Assembly: GCA_003151745.1 (NCBI GenBank)
Contig: PLYJ01000069.1
Coordinates: 13,270-77,269, forward strand
Direction of reading: 5' to 3'
Length of the DNA stretch: 64,000 nucleotides
Source of the DNA: Bacteroidota bacterium
Lineage (GTDB): Bacteria; Bacteroidota; Bacteroidia; AKYH767-A; 2013-40CM-41-45
Shown here piece by piece: positions 43,382-53,797 of the stretch (within the stretch, counting starts at the first letter, position 1; each line of letters opens with the position of its first letter). The position numbers and the translations under genes are program-made. The notes under the pieces were generated by a model. The model was given only the letters and a program-made list of their open reading frames with translations, was not told the DNA's origin and ran no database searches.

Positions 43382-46189
43382 ATGAGAAAACATCTTTTAT
43401 TGCTGATAACGGCGTTTATCGTTGCTTTTCAGTTGCAGGCACAAATAACAGCAGATGCTGACAAACCGCTTCCCGTTGATCCTAAAGTTCGTACCGGCAC
43501 ACTTAGCAACGGCATGAAATATTATGTGCGTTACAATGCAAAGCCTGAGCATCGTGCTGAGCTGCGTCTTGCCGTGAATGCAGGCAGCACATCGGAGGAG
43601 GATAACCAACAAGGGCTTGCGCATTTCAATGAGCACATGGCTTTTAACGGCACAAAAAATTTCACGAAGAATGATGTAGTGAATTACATCGAATCTATCG
43701 GGATGAAGTTTGGCGCTGATCTTAACGCTTATACCAGCTTTGATGAAACGGTATATAAGCTGCAGGTGCCCACTGATACGGAAAAGATATTGCTTAAGGG
43801 ATTCGAGATTCTGGATGACTGGGCGCACAACCTCAGCTTCGACTCCGTTGAAATAGATAAAGAGCGCGGCGTGGTCATTGAAGAATGGCGGCTCGGGCAG
43901 GGTGCGCAGGAACGCATGCGCAGAAAATTCTGGCCTGTGCTGTTTAAGGATTCAAGATATGCTGAACGGTTGCCGATAGGTAAAAAAGAAATTCTTGAAA
44001 ACACTCCGCATGCAGCACTGACGCAATTTTATAAAGACTGGTATCGCCCCGACCTGATGGCTGTGGTGGCTGTCGGCGATTTTGATGTGGATAAAATTGA
44101 GAAGCTGATAAAGGAAAAGTTTTCGGCCATTCCCTCCAAACAGAATGAGCGGCCTATGAAATCATGGGATGTGCCCGATCAGAAAGACCTTGCTGTGGCC
44201 ATTGCTTCTGACAAGGAGTCTCCATACACGGTTGTCCTGCTGGAATATAAGCTGCCTGTTGAACATGAGATTACGCAAGGTGATTTCAGGCGTGACATCA
44301 TTGAAGGGTTATATACTTCCATGATCAACCAGCGCCTCAGCGAATTGCAAAAGCTGGCAGAACCTCCTTTTCTTTATGCCTCTACCAACTTTGGAAATGA
44401 AGTGAGGACTAAGAATGCGTATTCGGCATTTGCTGTTGTTAAAGATGGCGGAGTGGAGAAAGGTTTAACCACGCTTATTGCGGAGAATGAACGGGTGAAG
44501 CGTTTTGGCTTTACTGAAGGAGAATTTGACCGCGCCAAGAAAGAATACATGCGCGGGGTAGAAAAACAATTTAATGAAAAAGATAAAACGGAATCTACCG
44601 CCCTGGTTCAGGAATATCTGAACAACTTCCTGGAGAAAGAAGCAATACCGGGAATTGAATATGAATATAATCTCACCAAAGAAATTCTTCCGTCCATCAA
44701 GGTTTCCGAAGTGAGCGCCCTTGCAAAGAAATGGGTGACTGAGAATGGCGCTAATTGTGTTGCCATCGTGATGGCTCCTGATAAAGAAGGGGTGACGCTG
44801 CCAACAGATGATAATATAAAATCCATTTTCAAAAGCGCTTCTTCCACCAAGCTGGAAGCTTACGTGGATAAAACGGTCAATAAGCCTCTTTTGTCCGCTG
44901 TTCCAAAGCCTTCAAAAGTAGCTGAACAGAAAGAGATAAAAGAATTTGGCATTACAGAGCTGAAGCTTGCAAACGGCGTGCATGTATTTCTGAAGCCTAC
45001 CGATTTCAAGAACGATGAAATACTTTTCACCTCCTATAGCTTTGGCGGCACTTCTATATATCCCGACAAAGACTACGAATCAGCAGCGTTTTCTGATAAC
45101 TTAGTGGAAGAAGGAGGTGTAGGTGATTTCGATAAGACCTCGTTAGAAAAAGCGCTTGCAGGCAAGATTGTAAGTGTATCCCCCTCTGTTGGTGAACTTA
45201 CACAGGGCATTAATGGAAGCTGCTCTCCTCAGGACATTGAAACAGCCATGCAATTAATTTATCTCTATTTCACCGATCCCCGCAAGGACAGCACCGCTTA
45301 CTTGTCGCTCATGGAAAAGCAAAAGGGTTTTCTCGAAAATCGCCAGTCCGTACCGGAACAGATTTTTTCTGATACCGTGCAATATGCCATGTCAAGCTAC
45401 AATTATCGCAGCCGTCCGCAAACGGTTGATATGCTGAAAGAAGTTAGTCTCAGCAGGTCTTATGCTATATATAAAGACCGTTTCGCTGATGCAAGTAGCG
45501 CTACATTCACTTTTGTCGGCAACTTTAAAGTGGATGAGATTAAGCCTCTCATCGAAAAATACCTGGGTGGATTGCCTTCAACAGGTAGAAAGGAAACATA
45601 CAAAGATCTTGGTATCGCTGCACCTAAAGGTAAATTAGATAAAACCGTGAAGAAAGGTGTGGAACCAAAGAGTTCTGTTTCGCTTAAGTTCACAGGCACG
45701 TTCGACTATACCCGTCAGCGTCGTAATGAAATGAATGCGCTGATGAAATTATTGAACATTAAGCTTCGCGAAGACCTGAGGGAAGATAAAAGCGGAGTGT
45801 ATGGAGTGGGTTGTTATCCTGCGCTGCAACATTATCCCAAAGGCACTTATCAAATCACCATTGGTTTCGGTTGTGCTCCTGAGAAAGTAGAATCGCTTAT
45901 TGAAGCAGCAATTTCGGAAATAGATGATGTGAAGAAGAATGGCTGCAATGCAGCTAACCTTACCAAGATTAAAGAAACATTTATCCGTGAGCGCGAGACT
46001 TATCTCAAGCAAAATAATTTCTGGCTCAATACTATTTCAACCAACGCCATGAACGGTGAAAATATTCTTGATCTCCTGGAATACAATAAGTGGGTGAACA
46101 GCCTCAATGCCGATGATTTTAAAACATGGGCGAATCAATACTTCAACATGAATGAGTATAAGCGATTTGTTCTGTCACCTGAAAAGTAA
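43382..46189 (+). CDS. M16 family (pitrilysin-like) zinc peptidase, secreted, double-length
   Basis: Signal peptide. Inverted zinc motif HFNEHMAFNGT (HxxEH). At 935 aa it holds two M16 active/inactive domain pairs. Confidence 0.9.
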   Translation: MRKHLLLLITAFIVAFQLQAQITADADKPLPVDPKVRTGTLSNGMKYYVRYNAKPEHRAELRLAVNAGSTSEEDNQQGLAHFNEHMAFNGTKNFTKNDVVNYIESIGMKFGADLNAYTSFDETVYKLQVPTDTEKILLKGFEILDDWAHNLSFDSVEIDKERGVVIEEWRLGQGAQERMRRKFWPVLFKDSRYAERLPIGKKEILENTPHAALTQFYKDWYRPDLMAVVAVGDFDVDKIEKLIKEKFSAIPSKQNERPMKSWDVPDQKDLAVAIASDKESPYTVVLLEYKLPVEHEITQGDFRRDIIEGLYTSMINQRLSELQKLAEPPFLYASTNFGNEVRTKNAYSAFAVVKDGGVEKGLTTLIAENERVKRFGFTEGEFDRAKKEYMRGVEKQFNEKDKTESTALVQEYLNNFLEKEAIPGIEYEYNLTKEILPSIKVSEVSALAKKWVTENGANCVAIVMAPDKEGVTLPTDDNIKSIFKSASSTKLEAYVDKTVNKPLLSAVPKPSKVAEQKEIKEFGITELKLANGVHVFLKPTDFKNDEILFTSYSFGGTSIYPDKDYESAAFSDNLVEEGGVGDFDKTSLEKALAGKIVSVSPSVGELTQGINGSCSPQDIETAMQLIYLYFTDPRKDSTAYLSLMEKQKGFLENRQSVPEQIFSDTVQYAMSSYNYRSRPQTVDMLKEVSLSRSYAIYKDRFADASSATFTFVGNFKVDEIKPLIEKYLGGLPSTGRKETYKDLGIAAPKGKLDKTVKKGVEPKSSVSLKFTGTFDYTRQRRNEMNALMKLLNIKLREDLREDKSGVYGVGCYPALQHYPKGTYQITIGFGCAPEKVESLIEAAISEIDDVKKNGCNAANLTKIKETFIRERETYLKQNNFWLNTISTNAMNGENILDLLEYNKWVNSLNADDFKTWANQYFNMNEYKRFVLSPEK

Positions 46190-46232
46190 ACTTTAAAGTG
46201 GTATCTTCGTTCAATGATAAAAACCAAAAATT

Positions 46233-46628
46233 ATGATGTACATAGCAATTGTTTTTACGCTGTTTGCTCTAATGGCAGGCATGCTTCTCTTAAATAAGAC
46301 TAAGAAAGAAGGATTAGGAAAATTCTTTTCCTTCATTTCTTACCTGGTTATCATTGTATCTCTGCTCATGTTGATCTGCGCAGGCACGCGCGGAATTATG
46401 CGTATGACTTGCTGCAGAAGCATGCATTCTTCAGAAAATTGCATGATGGATAAAGAATGCGGACCCGGCGGCTGTATGATGATGCATCACGAATGGGTGC
46501 GTGGCAATGCCCGGTGCATGGAAGAAATGAGAGAGTGCAGAATGAAAGGCGACAGCGGTTCCTGTAAAATGGGCATGAAACACGGATGTCCGATGGAAGA
46601 GATGGAAAAGGATACTGTAAAAAAATAA
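46233..46628 (+). CDS. Small membrane protein with a Cys/Met/His-rich tail
   Basis: Two TM helices followed by about 75 residues containing 11 Cys, 16 Met and 5 His (CCRSMHSSENCMMDKECGPGGCMMMHHEW...). Confidence 0.55.
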   Translation: MMYIAIVFTLFALMAGMLLLNKTKKEGLGKFFSFISYLVIIVSLLMLICAGTRGIMRMTCCRSMHSSENCMMDKECGPGGCMMMHHEWVRGNARCMEEMRECRMKGDSGSCKMGMKHGCPMEEMEKDTVKK

Positions 46629-46645
46629 ACATTAGACAATTAAGA

Positions 46646-46672
46646 AAGTAAACAATTTGTTTACTCTTTTAT
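46646..46672. terminator. Hairpin terminator between convergent genes
   Basis: AAGTAAACA-ATT-TGTTTACT followed by CTTTTATT. Confidence 0.5.
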
Positions 46673-46693
46673 TGTTCACTGTCTGCTTGTTTT

Positions 46694-47446
46694 CTATAAT
46701 TGTTGATTCAAAACACCTCGACCAACCAGTTTGGCGAGGTGTTTTGATTTTAGGGATTGTTTCAATCCTTGCAGATGCCGTGTGCCGTGAATGTCACTGC
46801 CGATGTAATCAATCATATTTTCATCAATCAACCGTTCTGCAATCTTCATGGCAGGCACGCCGTAGTAGCCGCACAGTGAATTAATGTTAAGCTGAAAAAG
46901 AATACCCTGATCTTTCAGTTGTTTATATTCATCAAAGTTGGTGTACCAGAAAGGGTAACGTTCAGGATGAGCCAGTAGTATATTATATCCATTCAGGCGC
47001 ATCTCAAAAAGAACTTCTGTCAGCTTATCCGGCAGGTTTATATAGCTGATTTCGACAAGCACTGTGTTGCCTGTAATAGTTAATAGCTTTTCTTCCTTCA
47101 CTTTCTTCAGAAAAGAACTGTCAATGTAATATTCGGCAGCAGCAGAGATGGTAATGGGAATATTTTCGTGGACAATCGCTTCCCGCACCTCCTCAAGTCC
47201 ATGCTGTATAATTTCATTTGTATTTGGATATGAATCCATCACATGCGGTGTAGTGATGAATTTTTTAAAACCTAAATTATACATGCTGCGGAGAAGTTGC
47301 ATGCTTTCCTCTATGGTAGCTACGCCATCGTCAATGCCGGGAATAAAATGTGAGTGAATATCTGTAACAACTGAAGAGTAATCTTTCAGCAGCGTAACAG
47401 GAGGTTCTTTCCTCTTATTAGAAAAGATTTCAGAGAAGAACGACAT
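46694..47446 (-). CDS. CpsB/YwqE-type PHP-domain protein-tyrosine phosphatase
   Basis: DIHSHFIPGIDDG start motif, further His clusters (TPH, AHPERY, GSDIHG), and ~250 aa. Confidence 0.85.
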   Translation of the reverse strand: MSFFSEIFSNKRKEPPVTLLKDYSSVVTDIHSHFIPGIDDGVATIEESMQLLRSMYNLGFKKFITTPHVMDSYPNTNEIIQHGLEEVREAIVHENIPITISAAAEYYIDSSFLKKVKEEKLLTITGNTVLVEISYINLPDKLTEVLFEMRLNGYNILLAHPERYPFWYTNFDEYKQLKDQGILFQLNINSLCGYYGVPAMKIAERLIDENMIDYIGSDIHGTRHLQGLKQSLKSKHLAKLVGRGVLNQQL

Positions 47447-47449
47447 AGC

Positions 47450-48439
47450 CTAGTTGATGGTTTCTTTAAACCATTTCATTGTCGTTGTTAATCCTTCCTT
47501 AACCAATACCTGTGGATTGTAACCAAGCAGTTTCTTCGCTTTAGAAATATCAGCAAGTGAGTTGCGAATATCTCCGGCTCGCGACTCGCGATGCACAGGT
47601 AAAGTTCCGGAGCCTGTAAGTTCGGCAATGATGTTGAAAAGCTGGTTGATGGTTACACGCTCTCCGACAGCCACATTATAAACATTGTTGAGCGCTTCTT
47701 TATTATCTGTGAATAAAGCTTTGATGTTTGCCTGAACAGCATTCTCTACGTATGTGAAGTCACGTGTTTGCTCTCCATCGCCATCAATTAACGGCGCTTT
47801 ATTTTTCATCAATGCCTCCATAAACAATGGGATAACGGCAGCATACATTCCGTCAGGACTTTGGTTTGGACCAAATACGTTGAAGTATCGTAAACCGATG
47901 ATGGGCATATTGTAAACATTGGCAAATACCCGCGCATATAATTCATTCGTAAGCTTACTCACCGCGTAAGGTGAAAGCGGATTCCCAATCTCCCCTTCCC
48001 TTTTTGGCAATACTGCACTGTCACCATATACGGATGAAGAGCTTGCATAAACGAATCGTTTCACTCCTTCAAGGCGGGCGGCATTAATAATATTGAGAAA
48101 GCCCGTTGCATTGTTAGCATGTGTAGCCAGGGGATATTTAATTGATCTCGGAACAGATCCCAATGCAGCCTGGTGTAGTACAAACTCAATACCCTTGCAT
48201 GCCTTTTCACAGTTATCAAAATCAGTAATGTCCTTATCTAAGAATTCAAAATTAGGTAATGAGAGGAAAGGCTTGATATTATCAATTTTGCATGTAGAAA
48301 GATTATCAATTACCCGCACCTTTCCTGCCTTGTGATGGATAAGATACTCGACTATGTTAGATCCGATAAAGCCCGATCCCCCGGTAACGAGAAATGAATG
48401 CTTGCTTAGATCAATTGTATGAAAAGAGGGTTGGGCCAT
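47450..48439 (-). CDS. NAD-dependent nucleotide-sugar 4-epimerase, WbpP/TviC-like
   Basis: VTGGSGFIGSN, SPYAVSKLTNELY, GDGEQTRDFTYVENAVQAN and AGDIRNSLADISKA motifs. Confidence 0.8.
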   Translation of the reverse strand: MAQPSFHTIDLSKHSFLVTGGSGFIGSNIVEYLIHHKAGKVRVIDNLSTCKIDNIKPFLSLPNFEFLDKDITDFDNCEKACKGIEFVLHQAALGSVPRSIKYPLATHANNATGFLNIINAARLEGVKRFVYASSSSVYGDSAVLPKREGEIGNPLSPYAVSKLTNELYARVFANVYNMPIIGLRYFNVFGPNQSPDGMYAAVIPLFMEALMKNKAPLIDGDGEQTRDFTYVENAVQANIKALFTDNKEALNNVYNVAVGERVTINQLFNIIAELTGSGTLPVHRESRAGDIRNSLADISKAKKLLGYNPQVLVKEGLTTTMKWFKETIN

Positions 48440-48454
48440 TTGTATTTATGTTTC

Positions 48455-49528
48455 TTATCTGTGAATGTATTGTGCTTCATAATATTTTAGATAGTCGCCT
48501 GAAGTAATATTGTTCGTCCACGACTGGTTTGCAAGATACCAGTCAACGGTTTTTTCTAATCCTTCTTCAAACTGCAGGGAAGGCTTCCAGCCCAGTTCGC
48601 GTTGAATTTTGGAAGAATCAATGGCATAACGCAAATCATGACCGGCGCGGTCTTTCACGAAAGTAATGAGCTTAGCTGTTGCTCCTGCTTCGCGGTTAAG
48701 CTTCTTGTCTGAGATTTTGCATAAGAGGTGTATCAGATCAATATTTGTCCATTCGTTATGACCGCCTATATTATAAGTTTCACCTTTTTTACCTTTATGG
48801 AAGATAACGTCAATAGCGCGTGCATGGTCTTCTACATACAGCCAGTCACGTATGTTCTCTCCCTTGCCATACACAGGAATTGGTTTATTGTGAATGATGT
48901 TGTTGATAGCAAGAGGAATTAATTTTTCAGGGAAGTGATAAGGGCCGTAATTGTTTGAGCAATTTGAAATGACAACAGGCAAGCCAAACGTATCTGCATA
49001 AGCCCTTACCAAATGATCGGAGCTTGCTTTGGAGGCAGAGTAGGGACTATGCGGGTCATATTTTGTTTCTTCCGTAAAGAATCCTGATTTGCCCAAGCTG
49101 CCGTATACTTCATCCGTGCTTATATGATAGAAACGGTTTGAGTTTAGAGGTTGGGAGTCTGAAAGCCAGGAAGACTTTGCTGCATTGAGAAGATTAACCG
49201 TGCCAACAACATTTGTCATAATAAACTCCATCGGGTTAGAGATGGAGCGATCCACATGCGATTCTGCAGCAAGATGAATTACTCCGTCAAAGTGATTCGA
49301 TGAAAACAGTTGTTGAATGAAATTACCGTCAACAATATCACCTTTCACAAATTCATAGTTGGCATTTTTCTCAATATCACGCAGGTTGGCAAGATTGCCG
49401 GCATAAGTCAGCTTATCGAGATTGAAGATTTTATAATCAGGATATTTATTTACGAATAGCCTCACTACATGTGAGCCGATGAATCCGGCGCCGCCTGTGA
49501 TAAGAATATTTCTTTTGAACGTACTCAT
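48455..49528 (-). CDS. rfbB: dTDP-glucose 4,6-dehydratase
   Basis: ITGGAGFIGSH, LDKLTYAGNLANL, STDEVYG and YSASKASSDHL motifs. Confidence 0.9.
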   Translation of the reverse strand: MSTFKRNILITGGAGFIGSHVVRLFVNKYPDYKIFNLDKLTYAGNLANLRDIEKNANYEFVKGDIVDGNFIQQLFSSNHFDGVIHLAAESHVDRSISNPMEFIMTNVVGTVNLLNAAKSSWLSDSQPLNSNRFYHISTDEVYGSLGKSGFFTEETKYDPHSPYSASKASSDHLVRAYADTFGLPVVISNCSNNYGPYHFPEKLIPLAINNIIHNKPIPVYGKGENIRDWLYVEDHARAIDVIFHKGKKGETYNIGGHNEWTNIDLIHLLCKISDKKLNREAGATAKLITFVKDRAGHDLRYAIDSSKIQRELGWKPSLQFEEGLEKTVDWYLANQSWTNNITSGDYLKYYEAQYIHR

Positions 49529-49540
49529 TGTTTATACTAA

Positions 49541-50575
49541 CTAAATTTTATGAAGTTGTTTTTTATCAAGTGCTTGTTCCCATGCCCATGCTGAACTCAT
49601 GATATTTTCAAGCGTAAGAGCAGCCTTCCATCCAAGTTCTTTGTTCGCTTTTGATGTATCAGCATACACTTTTACGACATCTCCTTCTCTCCGGACACCG
49701 ATGCGATAGTTTAATTTTACACCTGTAACTTTTTCAAATGCTTTCACCGCTTCCAACACAGAATTGCCTTGTCCTGTGCCGAGATTAAACACTTTATAGC
49801 TTTGTTTGTTTTTCTTACCTAGCAAACGATCAACAGCTACTACATGTGCTTTCGCTATATCAACTACGTGTATATAATCGCGTATACAAGTGCCATCAGG
49901 GGTGTCGTAATCATTGCCATAAATAACCAACTCTTTTCTTTTTCCAATAGCGGTTTGGGTAATAACGGGCACAAGATTATTCGGTGCTTCAAGAGGATAC
50001 TCACCAATCAACGCAGAATCGTGAGCTCCTGCCGGATTGAAGTAACGGAGCGCAGACACCTTCATGTTCTTATTTGCCTTGCAACAATCACGCAGTATTT
50101 CTTCCGAAATCTGTTTCGTGTTTCCGTATGGGGATTCAGGCTTTGAGAACGGCGTGTCTTCAGTAACAGGAAGCGTTGTAGTATCACCATAAACAGAACA
50201 GGAAGAGGAAAACACCATATTTAGTTCTGCAAATGTGGCATGCGTTTCTAACAGATTCATCAGGGATACCAAGTTGTTCTGATAATATTTCAACGGATTT
50301 TCGACAGATTTTCCGACCGCTTTGAAAGCAGCAAAATGTATAATGGCATCAACCCGGTTCTTTAAAAAGAAATCAGCAACTGCATTTTTATTGCAAAGAT
50401 CAAATTCAAAAAAAGCAGGTCTTACATTAGTAATCTTTTGAACAGCGTCTATTACTTCAGCACGGGAGTTACTCAGGTTATCAATAACGATCACGTCGTA
50501 ACCGGCCATAATTAGCTCCACCGTTGTGTGTGAGCCAATATATCCCGTACCGCCGGTAACTAATATTTTCTTCAT
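49541..50575 (-). CDS. galE: UDP-glucose 4-epimerase
   Basis: VTGGTGYIGSHT, SSSCSVYG and YGNTKQISE motifs. Confidence 0.85.
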   Translation of the reverse strand: MKKILVTGGTGYIGSHTTVELIMAGYDVIVIDNLSNSRAEVIDAVQKITNVRPAFFEFDLCNKNAVADFFLKNRVDAIIHFAAFKAVGKSVENPLKYYQNNLVSLMNLLETHATFAELNMVFSSSCSVYGDTTTLPVTEDTPFSKPESPYGNTKQISEEILRDCCKANKNMKVSALRYFNPAGAHDSALIGEYPLEAPNNLVPVITQTAIGKRKELVIYGNDYDTPDGTCIRDYIHVVDIAKAHVVAVDRLLGKKNKQSYKVFNLGTGQGNSVLEAVKAFEKVTGVKLNYRIGVRREGDVVKVYADTSKANKELGWKAALTLENIMSSAWAWEQALDKKQLHKI

Positions 50576-50581
50576 TTAAAA

Positions 50582-50645
50582 GCGTTATATGTTATATGTT
50601 AAACGTTATTAGGAATAATGCCGTATAACGATTAACATATAACTT
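50582..50645. repeat. Hairpin with GTTATAT-type arms
   Basis: GTTATATGTTAAACGTTAT pairs with GTATAACGATTAACATATAAC. Confidence 0.7.
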
Positions 50646-50658
50646 TTAACTTGATTCT

Positions 50659-51948
50659 TTATAAGCTCCAATAAGTAAGTTCCTTGATTTTGCCTCTGTA
50701 AGTTCCTTTCACATCCACCAGCAGCGCATTGTTGTTGGTGATTGATTTAAAATACGCTTCATCAAAAGCTTTGTATTCTTTATGATTGACAGCAACAATT
50801 ACAGCATCATAATCCTTTCCAATCTTATCTGTCAATTCAAAGCCGTATTCTTTTTTCAAATGCTCCGATTCGGCGAGAGGATCGGTTACCTCCACCTGCA
50901 CGCCGTAAGAAATCAATTCCTTTATCACATCGGCTACTTTAGAATTGCGGGTGTCGGACACATCTTCTTTAAATGTGGCTCCCATGACAAGCACCTTTGC
51001 CTTGCCTACATCCTTGCCCCCGGAAATGATTCTCTTTACCGTTTGCTTGGCAATGTAAAAGCCCATGCTGTCGTTTACATATCGTCCTGAGTTGATGACC
51101 TGTGCATGATAGCCCAACGACTGTGCTTTATGTGTGAGATAATAAGGATCAACGCCTATGCAATGTCCTCCAACAAGGCCCGGAAAAAAACGGATAAAGT
51201 TCCATTTGGTGCCTGCTGCTTCCAGCACTTCGTAAGTATCAATGCCCATCTTATTGAAGATGATGCTAAGCTCGTTCATTAATGCAATGTTCACATCCCG
51301 TTGCGTGTTTTCAATAATCTTGGCAGCTTCGGCAACCTTGATGGACGATGCTTTGTGCACGCCGGCTTGCACAATGATGCTGTATGTCTTAGCAATGGTC
51401 TCAAGCGCCTCTTCATCGCATCCGGAAACTACTTTCAAAATTTTTGTAATGGTGTGTTCCTTATCCCCCGGGTTAATACGTTCAGGAGAGAAACCAACTT
51501 TGAAATCTGTTTTGAATTTTAATCCGGAAAGTTCTTCAAGAAGCGGAACACAATCTTCTTCCGTGCAGCCGGGGTATACCGTTGATTCATATACGACGTA
51601 ATCACCCTTCTTCAGCACTTTACCGATAAAACGTGTTGCACCTAACAAAGGACGCAGGTCGGGAAGGTTATGCTCGTCAATGGGCGTCGGAACTGTTACT
51701 ATATAGAAAGACGCTTTGCGGAGATCTTCAACATTGGAAGTAAACTCAATGTCGCATCCCTGGAAGGCTTCCTTTTCCAATTCGCCGCTTGGATCATCTC
51801 CCTGCCGCATTCTTGCTAATCGCTTGTCATCAATGTCGAAACCGATAACGGAAATCTTTTTTGCAAACTCTAATGCAATTGGCAAGCCAACATAACCAAG
51901 GCCTAACACGGCTAACTTTGTCTTTTTCTCTATTAATTCTTTATACAT
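50659..51948 (-). CDS. Nucleotide-sugar (UDP-N-acetylhexosamine) 6-dehydrogenase, TviB/WbpA/WbpO-like
   Basis: LGLGYVGLP Rossmann motif, catalytic-Cys region GGHCIGVDPYY, and ~430 aa. Confidence 0.8.
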   Translation of the reverse strand: MYKELIEKKTKLAVLGLGYVGLPIALEFAKKISVIGFDIDDKRLARMRQGDDPSGELEKEAFQGCDIEFTSNVEDLRKASFYIVTVPTPIDEHNLPDLRPLLGATRFIGKVLKKGDYVVYESTVYPGCTEEDCVPLLEELSGLKFKTDFKVGFSPERINPGDKEHTITKILKVVSGCDEEALETIAKTYSIIVQAGVHKASSIKVAEAAKIIENTQRDVNIALMNELSIIFNKMGIDTYEVLEAAGTKWNFIRFFPGLVGGHCIGVDPYYLTHKAQSLGYHAQVINSGRYVNDSMGFYIAKQTVKRIISGGKDVGKAKVLVMGATFKEDVSDTRNSKVADVIKELISYGVQVEVTDPLAESEHLKKEYGFELTDKIGKDYDAVIVAVNHKEYKAFDEAYFKSITNNNALLVDVKGTYRGKIKELTYWSL

Positions 51949-51953
51949 TTTTT

Positions 51954-52033
51954 AATAAGTAATAATGAAAAAGGAAAAAGGAATAAAAGTCGCTCATTGA
52001 GCTTTATTCATTAGTCCTTATTATTTATTCATT
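51954..52033. repeat. Hairpin with AATAAG/GAATAA-type arms, paralog of 56169-56249
   Basis: AATAAGTAATAATGAAAAAGGAAAAAGGAATAAAAG pairs with CTTTATTCATTAGTCCTTATTATTTATTCATT. Both arms align with those of 56169-56249. Confidence 0.8.
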
Positions 52034-53069
52034 TCTCTTTAATTTTTTTCATATCCCGAAGCGCATATATGCGTTCAATGATCTCAACTACTTTTAATCC
52101 TTCCAACGCATTGGTTGTTGCCGTTGTCCTTCCCTTCAGCGTGTCAATTACATTTTCGATGATGAAGTGGTGATTTGCAGCCGAACCTTTATACGCACCG
52201 TAATCATTCGGCGGAGAACTTGCTGCTAATTTAGGTAGCGTGTAATCTTTAATATGACAGTATTCCACATCATTCATATACTGACCGCCTATTTTCACAC
52301 TTCCTTTTGCTCCGATTATTGTAATGCTGCTCTTGAGGTTACTGTCCCATACGGCGGTTGAGTAATTAATACTTCCCATGCCGCCATTGATAAAATTGAA
52401 AGCTACCATACCCGAATCTTCGAAGGCAGTTGAGTCGCCGTGGTTAAAGTCGCCGAACTTAGCCTGTATGTCCTTAATATCACCAAACAACCAATACATG
52501 ATGTCAATGAAGTGAGAGAATTGTGTAAACAATGTTCCGCCATCCAGATCAGACGTTCCCTTCCATCCTCCTTTTTTATAGTATCGTGCATCACGGTTCC
52601 AATAACAATTGAGCTGTACCAGGTATATATCGCCTAACAATCCATCATCAACTACCTGTTTAATCCAAACGGAAGGAGGTGAATATCGGTTTTGCATGAC
52701 GCAAAAAACATGACGTGATACCTGGAGCGCTTTAAAAATAATTTTTTCGCAATCATTTTTCGTTAGCGCCAAAGGCTTTTCACACACTACATGAATTTTG
52801 TTTTCAAGAGCGATCAATGAATGCTGTGCGTGTAAGCCATTGGGAGAGCAAACGTCCACTACATCGGGGTGTATGTTGCTTTGAATCAATTCTTCAACAG
52901 TTGCAAAAAAAGGGACATTGTATTCTTCAAGTCCTAAATCTTTTTCCGGTTTCACATCACACATGGCAACAAGTTCCGCTTCCGGATTCCTGCGAATCAT
53001 TTCAGCATGACGTTTTCCAATGTGTCCGCTGCCTACTACTGCAAAACGTATTTTCCTGTCGGTGTACAT
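52029..53069 (-). CDS. Gfo/Idh/MocA oxidoreductase, WbpB-like (UDP-GlcNAcA 3-dehydrogenase candidate)
   Basis: IRFAVVGSGHIGKRH Rossmann start and EKP motif. The context includes WbpD/WbpE-like genes. ATG 53069 is chosen. Confidence 0.75.
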   Translation of the reverse strand: MYTDRKIRFAVVGSGHIGKRHAEMIRRNPEAELVAMCDVKPEKDLGLEEYNVPFFATVEELIQSNIHPDVVDVCSPNGLHAQHSLIALENKIHVVCEKPLALTKNDCEKIIFKALQVSRHVFCVMQNRYSPPSVWIKQVVDDGLLGDIYLVQLNCYWNRDARYYKKGGWKGTSDLDGGTLFTQFSHFIDIMYWLFGDIKDIQAKFGDFNHGDSTAFEDSGMVAFNFINGGMGSINYSTAVWDSNLKSSITIIGAKGSVKIGGQYMNDVEYCHIKDYTLPKLAASSPPNDYGAYKGSAANHHFIIENVIDTLKGRTTATTNALEGLKVVEIIERIYALRDMKKIKEK

Positions 53070-53156
53070 ATATTTTGATGTGCAGATTAGCTGATGTGCA
53101 AATGTGCGGATTAAAAAGTGCATCTGCACATCCTCACATCTTCAAATTGTTTTTTA

Positions 53157-53741
53157 TTACTCTACTCGCTTCACTTTATGCCCTTCCAGTGAATATTTTT
53201 GTTTGCTCTCCGGGCAAATTGCGATGCCGGTTGTATCGAATTTAAGACGATGTCCGTACTCACTCATCCATCCTATTTGTTTGGCGGGATTGCCAACTAC
53301 TAATGCGTAAGCGGGAACATGCTTGGTTACAACAGCACCAGCACCAATAAATGCGAATTCACCAATATTGTGCCCACAAACGATTGTTGCATTAGCGCCA
53401 ATAGATGCGCCTTTGCCTACATGTGTTCGCAGGTATTGCCCTCTTCTGTTTACTGCGCTGCGGGGATTGTTTATATTCGTGAATACCATCGAAGGTCCAA
53501 GAAAGACATCCTCGTCGCACACTATTCCTGTATATATTGAAACATTATTTTGAACTTTACAGTTCTTTCCAAGCACTACTTCAGGGGAAATAACAACGTT
53601 CTGGCCAAGGTTGCAGTTTTCACCAATCACGCAATTGGACATGATGTGTGAGAAATGCCAGATGCTGCTTCCTTTTCCAATCTTACATCCGTCATCTACG
53701 ACTGCCGTAGGATGAACAAAAAATTCACTCTTAGTATCCAT
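53157..53741 (-). CDS. Left-handed beta-helix N-acetyltransferase, WbpD-like
   Basis: Hexapeptide repeats. The IWHFSHI...GQNV...VQNNVS...GPSMVFTN..NPRS pattern is typical of WbpD-type UDP-2-acetamido-3-amino-2,3-dideoxy-glucuronate N-acetyltransferases. Confidence 0.8.
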   Translation of the reverse strand: MDTKSEFFVHPTAVVDDGCKIGKGSSIWHFSHIMSNCVIGENCNLGQNVVISPEVVLGKNCKVQNNVSIYTGIVCDEDVFLGPSMVFTNINNPRSAVNRRGQYLRTHVGKGASIGANATIVCGHNIGEFAFIGAGAVVTKHVPAYALVVGNPAKQIGWMSEYGHRLKFDTTGIAICPESKQKYSLEGHKVKRVE

Positions 53742-53797
53742 CTTTAAGATTTAAATTGTAAGATTTAAGCTGTAAGATAAAATCGATGCGTATGCGA

